Shown here piece after piece: positions 12,466-24,200 of a stretch of DNA of 64,000 nt (position 1 is the first letter of the stretch; each line of letters starts with the position of its first letter). This DNA is from Enoplolaimus lenunculus (lineage: Eukaryota): positions 124,001 through 188,000 of the forward strand of contig JASANG010000440.1 of NCBI GenBank assembly GCA_030248215.1. The letters run 5' to 3'. The notes beneath the pieces were generated by a model that was not told the origin of the DNA, made no database searches, and worked only from the letters and a program-made list of their open reading frames with translations. The position numbers were made by a program, and so were the translations under genes.

Positions 12466-12915
12466 CTGCAGTGACCCGAATAAGTGGGGGTAATAAGAGG
12501 GGGAGTCCGCATTTTGAGTCTCAATCATTTGGAGTTCGTATCCCAAATAAGAGTTCGTATTAGCGGATAGAGTCCCTAAACCCTAATTGGAGCCCATAAA
12601 TGTCAATTGTCACTAATTATAACGCATAAAAATGACTCCAGGACCAAATAAAGTTGTGTTCGAAACTTTAAAGCGTACTTTTTTGAAAGTAACATTCCAA
12701 AGTATAACCTTGCATTATCGCTCAAGGTTTTTATTCAAATCCAATAAATAATATTTAATTTAACGGATAGTTGCAACACCGGATATATGTCAGTAACGAA
12801 GGGCGGCGGATGGCGGGTTAAAAATAAATAGCAGTCCGTAACCGAATAACAGGGGGTATCCTCTGGAGAGACCAAATAAATGTTAGACTCTTCCCTCTTA
12901 TTCGGGTCACTACAG
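12466..12915. mobile_element. TA-flanked TIR MITE (Tc1/mariner-like, CTGTAGTGACCCGAATAAG termini)
   Basis: TA|CTGCAGTGACCCGAATAAG...CTTATTCGGGTCACTACAG|TA. Other copies at 20221-20641 and, truncated, from 26781. Confidence 0.8.
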
Positions 12916-13755
12916 TAAACACATTTTCACGAACTAAAAGTTCCGCGTCGTAGAAAAATTGTCAATTCACAGTGCAAATTTTGTCTCGATATTCGGATAT
13001 CCGGCATCCATATAATGAAATATACGACTTTGCTTGCCTTCTGATCAAACGAAAGCAACGCGGCGTATACAAATAATAAAAAATAAACATACAGATAAAA
13101 TGGCTGTGAAAAAGCCGATTTTTGGCATTTAATCAGTTATGTACTTAGTCATCTCCGTATAACCAGGAAATACAGCCAATGTAAAGAGAAGGGGCGGAAC
13201 AGTATTATAAGCATATTCCCAAGCCTAAGCCTAAGCCAAAGCGTAAGAATGAGTGTATTCCTAAGTCTAAGCCTAAGCATAAGCCAAGCAAAAAATAATC
13301 TAAAAGCTTACTTTTGTTCTCGCCCAACTAAAGGGCAGTTACATTTCTAAGGGGGTAAAAACTATTTTCCTGCCACGAGACGGTTTAATACATTGAAAAC
13401 ACAGCCGCCCAGGGGGGTGCAAAAACGTCTACAGAGGGACCCCGCTTGCACACCGCAGTTGCGACCATGTATACGGTTAGTAGTCTAAAACGGCAGATAT
13501 TTCGGAAATGCGTGAATTAAATCCTACTCTGACGCAATGAAAGCTGTGCATATTTTAGAAGGCAAAAAATTGAAAAAAATTTGCGTCTTTTCGGTCAAAA
13601 TTTAGTCTTCCAATGACTTCTTCACTTGATTTGCAATTTCATTTCGAATCAAATTCAATTTCGGCTCAATTTCTTGACAAAAACATTAAATTAGCAAGCG
13701 TAAGCAGTTAAATAGAAAGTGAATACGCAGAAATAAACGTGTACAATGTGTGTTA

Positions 13756-14033
13756 AGCCCTATTATACACGTGCAAGTTTTTGCTGCGACAACTTGCAGC
13801 TGCAAATTGCACGCAGAATTTGCATTTTTCCACCAGCCAATGAGAAAGCGGCTGCAATAAATTCAGTGAACGTTACATTGTTATTCACGTATGTGAACAG
13901 AGTTTTCAGCTATGATTTTTAATGAATTATTTGTAGCTGCAAGTTTTTCGACCGGGATTTTTGACATAACTTTACAAGTATAAGTTGCAGCTGCAAGTTC
14001 TCACAGAAAAAACTTGCACGTGTGCATATGGCT
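13756..14033. mobile_element. PIF/Harbinger-type MITE (TTA/TAA TSD)
   Basis: Termini AGCCCTATTATACACGTGCAAGTTTT / AAAACTTGCACGTGTGCATATGGCT, flanked by TTA. An inverted second copy at 36563-36838 is flanked by TAA. Confidence 0.78.
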
Positions 14034-15245
14034 TTACTGATCCCGTGCTCGTTAGAAAACTTTGACATAAGGTTATATTTTATTGAACTAAATAACTTTC
14101 TAAAACTTACGTTTTGTATTTATATTTGAATCAAATAAGCATCTCCATTTTATGACCCCCACTCAATTGACCTTGTAAAAATCTATGGTATTCAAAAACA
14201 AAGCAAAAAACAATTTTACTTTATTAATTTCAAAAGTTACAAGCCAGACATTTGAGAAAACAGCCATATTCACGAGCTGAAACATTAAATGTCAATTTTA
14301 AGCCTTCGTTCAACAGAAGGTTTATCTTTGCCACACTGTAGTTTCAGTGAGTTGATTTTAACTCAGAATGAGTTGAATCAGTCAGTCTGAGTTAGTACTA
14401 TCAGAACTCAGAATTTTTGGTTGATTCGATTCAATTTTTAGTTGATTCGATTCATTCTGTGTTAATTAATCAACTCACCCAAATTCACCTCAACACAGAG
14501 TAAGAATCAACTTAACTCAGAGTGAGTTCATGTTTACTGATATTAATTCAGAAATAACCAACTCGTTTGGTGAATTGCTTAATCAACTCATTGGAATTTA
14601 CAGTGCAACGTTTGACGAAAGTGGATGATAGTTTTCCAGTCAAACGTATGATACTTTTTACTTATTTTTCTGCGACCCCAAAATGTTCCAGCAGACGTTG
14701 CGTTTTTGCTTGATTCCACTCTCGATTTTGGTGCGGAGCTGTTGTTGCTGATGGCACAGAATTTATTTCTGCTTTACAATTTTAAACGAAACAAATAATT
14801 ATTTTAATATTTACTTTAACACGCGAAATTGTCATTTTTCGATAAATTGCATACTTATTCGATTCGTTAAACGTTCATCTGAACCAGGAACGTAGTCTGT
14901 GTGTCGTGATTGAACGGGTAGTAGTGAGCCAACAACCTCATGGGCGGGCCCGTAGCCAACGGGGGGGGGGCAGGGGATCTCAGCCCCCTGTGGAAAAAAA
15001 TTTTGGCCCCCAAGAAAATTTTCAACTTTGCTTGCAAGTCATCAAAAATCGTTGAAACCCCTCCAGAAAATTTTTTAGCCCCCCCCGTAACGTGAGCTGG
15101 CTACGGACCTGCACATGTGGCTATTGCAACTGCATTTCATACTAAAATTACGTGTCAACAGTAAGGGCGGATTTGGGGTATTTTAGCGACCGAATCACAT
15201 TTTCAAATCTGTAGAATAACGAAATTTTTAAAAATGTCACATAAT

Positions 15246-18200
15246 TCATTGATCTTTCAATTTTGGTCCACAAATTGAGTTTTGTACACCGTAAAGCATC
15301 CAAAAACAAGCCGATGAAACCATAAGCAGTCGTTTAATTTCAGGAAATGACGTCAGCATCACGAATCCTTCAGAAAATGGTCGTGGAAATAGCAAAACAT
15401 ACAGCAGACAGCGGATAAATTCGACGTGAAATCCATAACTTCTGAAATGCTTAATATGTTCAGTTCAAAGTTTCTCAGATTATAATCAAAAAGCGCAGGT
15501 GATTATCCCGGCTGAGACTTGTGAGCAGATTAGCAAATTTTGCCCAGTTATTCTCATGTGTTTGCGGTTCCTTTAACCAGTTGTTACCAGGACTCCTATC
15601 TTTTGATCGAATTAACTCTAAAATTTAAAATTGATCCTAATTTTTGGCCATTGCAAGCTGAATAAAATGAATCGAAATTTAAGTTTTGCAAATCATTTGT
15701 TTTAGCAAAACGATGCACTTCAAAAGCCTGCCCATCCTCTTTAAGGCGTATTGGCTGGGTTTCTGAAGTCTTACTTAACCCTTTCTCACATGAATATTTT
15801 CTATTTTCCCGGAGACCTACTTTTATGCTAGGATTCGAACTCAAGTGACTGGAGTGGGAGGCGTTTACCATCATCACTCAGCTATAGGAGCTTGATGCTC
15901 GTGCCCGAGGGGGCTCGCACGTCTTGTGGTGATTTCGTACTATGTATACGTGTTGCAATTGTTCAACACGGTGCGATATATATTGTTTAACGTGTATACA
16001 CTGCGCTGAGTTGCCTATAGGCAGCTCAATGTGAGAAGGGGTTAAGTATTTACTTCAGTTATACTTAATTACTTAACTTTTTGAACAAAAACAAACATCT
16101 ATGTGAGCTATTGTCATAACAAGAAAGTAATAGTTTTGCTTTATATTAAGCACACTTCATGAGTCTGGAATTTCAATTAAACCAAAGTTATGCCTCAAAG
16201 GTTACTTTGAAATATGTCAAATTTAGTCAGCGATTTAAGTATTTACTTAACATAAGTACGCTTTTAAAAACGACAAAATGGTTAAGTAATGTCGGTCACA
16301 CGTTACCATACGTTTGACTTGCACAAAAAATGTCCGCATATTTTCACTTGTCTTTGGACACAAAACAGCATCGCAGAAACCACAAAAAGAGACACCACAA
16401 GGACGAACCACAAAACAAGCAAAGAAAAAAAAAAAAAGCAAAACCCCCCCCCCAAAAAAACAAACCCCCCCCACCCACCCCATAATTACTTTTCGCGTAT
16501 TTAAGTACTAAGTTGTACTTAAGTACGGTTTTGGAAACCCAGCCATTGTGTTGATAACATTTTGGCTTCCCATAAACTGCTCAATTCTTCTGTTGTATAT
16601 ACGTCAATGCTTTTCAATGCGGTTACCTGTTATCAAAAATCATTCCAAAACTTTGAAACGTCAGCAACAAAAGTGTTACTAACTTGAACATATTGAACGA
16701 CCAGTAGTTTGTCTGAAAATATTACAATACAAGGCGCATATCCCAAGGTGGAATTTGTTAGCCTCGATCCGTCAGACGAACCAAAATCCATTTTGTCTCG
16801 ATTTATGTTTTGGTCGGATACTTAAAGCCCAGCCTGAGAAACTAAACTGGAACTCGAATGTTGTTATGCGGTTGTGATTGTGAAATATAAATCTATATTA
16901 TTAAAGCTGGTAGCGCTCCACATACGTATTTTGGGCAACTTTCCAGCATTGCTATGTTTACAATATTTTCGTACAACAGAAAAAATGATTGTTGTGTGAA
17001 AAGAAAATTTGCATGCAGATTGCTGTTTTTATAACATTTGCGCATTGGGCAAAGCTGGTTGACTAGTATTTATTAAACCTGGAGCGCCCCACATACGTAT
17101 TTTGAGCAGCGTTGCAGCTGTTTTAATTTATTGATTCTTGTTTATACAAGAGAGCGGATTATGTATGCAAGTTAGAACACATTCTAGCAACGTTCTGTGA
17201 GGAATTTTATCGGGTTGCAAATTTGCAATCATGTTGTCTTTATTTTACTAAATCTTGTGTACAGACTGGTAGAATTTCAAAATTTTAACTGAATTACAAT
17301 TTCGGAGACAAATCATAAAAACTGTACGGTCTTAGGGTCGATGAGAGATTTTAGATTACAATTTGCAGCCAATGTAAAGAACTGGGACGGAACAATATTA
17401 TAAGCATATTCCTAAGCCTAAGCCTGAGCATATTCCTAAGCCTAAGCCTGAGCATATTCCTAAGCCTAAGCCAAGCAAAAAATAGTCTAAAGCTTAAGCT
17501 TACTCTTTTCTTGTCCCTCAGAGAAACGTTCCGCCCCTGATCGTTACATGGGCCCAATTTGCCGGCATTTACTTATGGCTGAGTTTTAGAAACATAAAGC
17601 CTAAGTACATACAGTTCACAGCGCGATGCCTCCAACTTAAAGTAGTTGAAAATTACGGGGTCAGCAGTTCTTCCTGTTGCGAGCGAACGCGTATTTGGAG
17701 TTCAGGATGTTTCGTTCAAAGTATCAGTGAAGAACGAAAAACCTACTTCAATACTAATCAGAAACACTAAACAGGCTGTTTTTCGGACTGGATCAACAGT
17801 TAGAAAAATAATGTCATATTGTCAGCGGCGGATCCAGAAATTTCTGACGGGGAATGCGAACCGGCAAACGTTTACGAAACGCAAAAATTGTACAATTGTA
17901 AGGTAGGGTGACCTCATCATTTTACCACTAAAATTCTAACGGACAGCGTACGCCCACCCCTCTGGATCCGCTAGTGCATATTGTATCAATGGCCCATGTA
18001 TAGAACTGGGCTGGAACAGTAGTATAAGCATATTCCTAAGCCTAAGCCTAAGCCTAAGCCTAAGCCTAAGCCTAAGCCTAAGCCTAAGCCTAAGCCTAAG
18101 CCTAAGCCTAAGCCTAAGCCTAAGCCTAAGCCTAAGCCTAAGCCTAAACCTAAACCTAAGCGTATGGATGAGCTTATTCCTAAGCCTAAGCCTAAGCAAA

Positions 18201-21200
18201 AAAATAGTCTAAAGCTTAAACTGACTGTATTATAGCGCCTCCGGGAAACGATGCGGCCCTGTTCTATACATGAGCCGTATCAATTTACGTCTCCAACAGA
18301 AGCGAGTTCAAAATATTGTAAAATAGCAAGCACAAAATGAACAGCCAAATAGACGTTAAGCCACATTGGTAAACACTTTGCCGTATACCGGGGCGACCAG
18401 TCTTCCACCTGTAAAATTGACACCATTACATCGTTGTACAATTTAAACATCAGACAATTACAATTAACGTCACCGCAAAGCTAGCGGACCCGTAGCTACT
18501 GAGGGGGGCTAGGCCGCTGAGTACTCCCCCCTGGGAAAATTTTTGGCCCCCAAAATTATCAACCTTGCTTGTAAGTCAACCAAAACCATTATATGTCCTT
18601 CCTGAAACAAATTTAGCTCCCTCCCCTCGCACGATGAGCTGGATATGGGCCTGAAGGCCGGACTGAAAATACATAAAATACGCTACTCTCTCTACTTAGC
18701 GTAATTTTAATGACTTAAAATCGTTGAAAGAAAATGGTTGAAATTTTCGAAAAACAAACCTAAATACCATTCAACTTCAGATTTAACGATTGTTTGGTTA
18801 CTTAATTTTTACCGTTTAAACCATAGAAACCTAAGCCAGTGAAGTAAAACTTTAAAAAGAAACTTATTTTAAATTAATATGCTTGTTTCAAAATCATCTG
18901 CTTTTTATCAGTTTAGCAAAATTTTATTTTGCTAATAACGCCGGCTAATGTAAATAACAGGGGCAGAACAGTATTTAATAAGCATATTTCTAAGCCTAAA
19001 CCTAAGCCAAGTAAAAATTAGTCTAAAGCTTAAACTTACTCTATTGCAGTCCCACAGAAAAACGTTTCGCCCCTAATCTCCTACATGGGCCGTAACGGTT
19101 TATACGAGAAGAGGGATTGGTCATAGATCACTTGACAAAAAAGGTTCAGTGAATCATTCTAGTGACCAATCGCCATGGACGTGACCATCATTGTGGATAG
19201 GATCAGGTTGCATCCTATTAATTTATAGAATGGAAGTTTCGCCTGGGAACAACTGAAGAATGAAGACACAAATTTAAACGAATTGCTTGTTGACCCTAAA
19301 CACCAGCTTCGCCGACAACACCGTTGCCAATCACAACAAAGCAGGGTGGAACCGGAGGTGAAAAACACCGGAGCCGGAGGCCGATTTTCTGCCGAAGCCG
19401 GAGCCGGAGGCAGACCTCCGGTTGTACCCTGCCGCAAAACGTATTACCTGTGGCAGTTGTGCTGGATCTCCCAGTCTTGGCGATCCTGGTTCCCAGCCTG
19501 GACCACAAAGAAGCGTTTTCATTTTATCCGTCCACGAATTCATTGCTTTCAATTTGTCCAATAAAAAATATTTGAACATTGCGAGCTGAAAAAATATTAA
19601 CTTGACAATTAACCACAATTGAAACGAAACGGTTTCGTTTAGAAACTAAAAAGTTACAAAATTTCAACTTTTACGATTAAATTTTGACTTAAAAACAATT
19701 TATTATTAAATTATTTAAATCCGAAAAAAATTACAAACACAAGCCAACTTACTTGAGTATAAAACGGATCAAATGAGTCGATTTCGTGCACTAAACCGTA
19801 CGCTACCGGTTCTGATGGATTTTCATTGATAAATGTTCCTTGAAATATGAAATTCTAATTTAAATAATTTCCTCGGTGTCCAGCACGGTGGGTTGATGCG
19901 GGGTTCACGTTATAACTGGGGCAGCATGGAACACTGTTTTGTCCCTATGACTATTTGTATACGATGATCGCTTGAGATCAGTGATTTGTAAGTCAACGTC
20001 ATGTGACATTCACATTTTGTCGACACAACCGCTAGTCGGATCGCAAAATTTTATGTTGACGTCGAATCAACTTGGACAAAACGCGTTCCAAGCTGCCCCA
20101 GTTATAACGTGAACCCCGTATGAAGGTGTGATCGCAATGCGTAGCTTCTGCCCTGTATTTACTTTCAAACACTTAATTTGACAGAAGGTGAAAGTTCCAC
20201 ACAAACAGAATCCATAACTACTGTAGTGACCCGAATAAGAAGGGGACTGATATTTATTTTGTATCTTGAAAGGAAATTCGATATTATTCGGCTACCAACT
20301 GTTATTTACTTTCAAGTCTCACCATTTTCATGTACTCAGCGCCCTGTTATACTTTTTCTTTTGGGCAGAGCTGACTCCCTCAGAAATATTTTTTGTTGAT
20401 TAACATGTACCCTATTTTTACTAAATTAAATAAACGCGGATCGTGTGAAGTTTCCGTCTCACATTTGAACAGTCTAAGCCATTATTCTGCTTTAGTCTTT
20501 CTAATGGATCCTAGGACTTATTGAGTCTATTCACTAACAAACTGTAATTAAGGATACGGACTGTATTACGGATACGGACTCCTTTTAATACTCAAAGTAG
20601 AGAGCCGTCCTTATTTCGCCGTCTTATTTGGGCCACTACAGTACTGTCAGGTTGTGCTGAAATATGTTACAATAATAACGAAATTTTAATTATGAGTTGA
20701 CAGCAAACGCTTTGCATTTTTGAAAGATACTGTTTGAAAAACGAAAACCGTTTAAAATAGCGTTTTATCATTCTAACGTAATCTGGAATGGAAAATATTT
20801 TTCGAAACGTAAATCGTAATAATTATTTAATTTCCCCTTTAATTGTTGCAGTTTTAAAATTGCAATTAACAATTTTCGACTTTATAAAATCGTGTAAAAT
20901 TTTAAAATTGTACGTAGTCTCGCATTGAATTTGATATTTGTAATGTAATTTAAATTCAGTTTGCCAACTGATTAAATTTTTTCTTCGTTTGCAACCGACT
21001 ACGCATACAAAGAGAATTCAATTACTCAGAATTGAATATTGTTCAAAACCTTATTTTCACTCTGAATCCCGTTTTGGGCCATCACATCACTCCTTATTGT
21101 GGACCCTGCATCATGCCGCTTGTGGAATACTTTGGAACATTTTCAAGTTACAAATTTCTGTATAAAACGTACCGAACATTCGATCCCAAATAATTAATGT

Positions 21201-24200
21201 TCCACCGTAATTCTTGTCAATACAGTAAGGATTGCGTCCTGTAACATAATCGGAAATGTTTTGCTACTTGAAAATTAGCAAATATTGCTGAAGTTTAGAT
21301 GTATTGTGATAGAAAAGTTTAAGAGTATAGTAAAATACCTAGTACGAGTACCAAGAGTGAGTACATTCTGTGTAGAAAAGAATGTACCCGGCACGCGTTG
21401 CGTTTTTACCCTGCCATCCTTTATTTAGAGGGGGTACAACCTGTGCGAACCATGAAAATTTGACACCTGATGTGTGCATAGGCAGCTGGTTTTCTAAAAA
21501 ATGAAATTTATGAAAGTTTTGGCCAATGTTACTTTTAAAGCAATAACTGTAGATTAAGCGTGTTCCTAAGCGTAAGCCTAAGCCTAAGCGTTGCAAAAGC
21601 ATATTTTTAAGCCTAAGCCTAAGCCTAATCAAAAAAATGTCTAGAATGTAAGCCTACTTTTTTACAGACCCACCAGAAACCGGCACGGCCCTAAAAGTAA
21701 CATGGGCCAAAGATTTAATAAAAATTTGTTCAAAATATAAATAACACAAATCTTGTTCACAGTCTAATTCGGGTTAGTTTGCTTAGCAGGGCCATATCTT
21801 TGAATTGATGTCCAGGACTGCAACTATCGAGAACAGGGGGAACAGTTCCTTGAACGAACGTTCACCCCCTGTCCGAAACATTTATCGATATCATCTGAAG
21901 ATTTCTATTGTATTAAATTGTTTCTTGCCACTTATAATTAATACGACTCCCCGGGTGCGAGCGTTGAATTATTACTCGCGTTGTAATTGAAACATACCAT
22001 GATGGACTCTATGATGTGATGGAGTATTGAAAATGTATTCAATTGGACCAAGATTTGTTATAAACTAAAAATAAAAAAACACAATTAAAGTAATAAAAAA
22101 TAATAAATAAAATAATAAAGAAATTGGTCAATTTTTGCAGCGTATACCAATATCCTTAGTCAACTAACAATTCTTAGTTCTGATAGTCCTAACTCTGCAG
22201 ACTGAGTGATTCAACTCATTCTGAGTTAAAATCAACTCACTGAAATTTACAATGTGCCAAAATGATTCTGCGACTATCATATTTTACAAAGCATAGTAAA
22301 CATACGCCTTTGCTGAAGCAACACAAATGACGTCTGTTTCTAATTCGGCATCATCAAGGATAGGTAAAGAGCAGGCAAGCAGGAAATATGTATGCTGTAT
22401 ACAATCAAACAAATATCACAACATCTGGTACGTCAGCGCTTCTGACACTTAAGCTAAAAACTTTTTCCGGATGGGAGGCTTGAAAGAGCCGAATTTTTGA
22501 TTGGTCGATGTATGCGATTATGTTAGACAAGCTTCAAAAATAATAAAATTTCAAATTTATACACAATATCCTCGTTGTTTGGAAACGATATGGATTCACT
22601 ATTGCTACCAAGATGCATCATCTTGCGTTTTATAATGCGGGATTCACGTTATAATCGAGACAGGTGGGTCACCGTTTATCCCCATGTTAATTCGACGTCA
22701 GCGCTAAAATTCGGGCTCTTATATCGGGCACCAACAGACAAAACTCAAATGTCATATGACAGCTTACAAACCACCACTCTCAAGTGGTCAATGTATACAA
22801 TGGACGGTATGTCACGTGATACTGTGGGACATTTATGCGAATATCATATGATATTCCGAAATTTCAACGAATATAATGAAATTCAGCGGGACAGTGTAGT
22901 CTTGGGGTGCTAAAAGTAAATAAACGGAAAGTTAGACGGCAGCGGCACTGATATGCTTTAAAATACCGAATACACGCCTGCAAATTCGGTTCCGTCTCAA
23001 AGTCGCTTAGAACAACAGTTTCATAATTCAAAAATTCAAATTTCAAATTCTAGTATCATATCATACTCTACAGGTTGGTTTGGGTGTGTTACCTCAAACA
23101 TGCAGACGTTTGAAAATATATCTGTTCGCAAACAATAACCACGAATATCATAAAAGGTGACCGACACATAATATCCGCCAAATACGACTTTTTGAACATG
23201 ATATTGAGTCTATGAGCAGACAAAATGTTACCCAATAGTCTAATAGCAACAAAACGTGTCCCAAGTTGCTCCGGTTATAATATGAACACCGCATTATTTG
23301 CTAAAATGAATATATTACAAAAATGTTGAAAGGTTAATCAAAAACTAACCTGGGTATGTATCCAGTATTGATAAAGTAAATTAAAGTACGCATGCACCAA
23401 ATAAGCCGGCGGTGGAACAACGATTGCCATTGGAAGATAGAAAAACTAAAATACAAAAATATTGCAAATAATTAGCAATTTCAAAATGTTTATAACAACA
23501 CAATTTCTATTTGCAATACCCTAATTCATTGGTTATGTGCTCAGTGGCGGATCCAGGATCTCAAAATGGGGGCAAAATTTCACAGATAATAAACTTACTT
23601 TTGACCCGCACACAATCCACGAACTATTGTCACAAAATTGCTATAGAATTTTTGTCGAGATGCTGTTGGGGGGCCCACGGCCGGCGTGCCCCCCCATGGA
23701 TCCGCCTTTGTATGTGCTAATTCTACTTAAAATCTACATCTTAAACCGATTATGTTTAACCCAATGCGCAGTGTCGGCGGAATCAACCCACAAACCTTCC
23801 AATAAGAGAGTCCACACCTTTGGAACCCTTATTCTAGCACACTCAATTTTTTCGCGGACCACGAAGTTATAGAATAGAGAAACATTTTAACCCCATTAGA
23901 CCTGTTTGGGGTACGACTATCCTAACACCGCCTCTGTCAGTGCGTTTATAACAGCCGTTACGAGGATACCACTGACGTGAACAAACCCTACAGCTGGTCT
24001 GTAATCTGCTTCAGGTAACATGTTTGGGTTGAATAAATACTGCAGTCAAACGTAAATAATTAGCGATTTCAACGAACAGGGTGGAACTCTATGGACCGTT
24101 GTATGAAAAGTACCACTGGCGTTTTACCTTTTGCCCATTCCTTTCTTTAGGGGAACGATTAATGATAATAAACGTACCACAGTTGTCAATTGTTGAAACA

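Noticed and set aside
18035..18142. True telomere or chromosome fusion point
   Set aside because: The arrays are short, intronic, and bounded by TIRs and TSDs on both sides.
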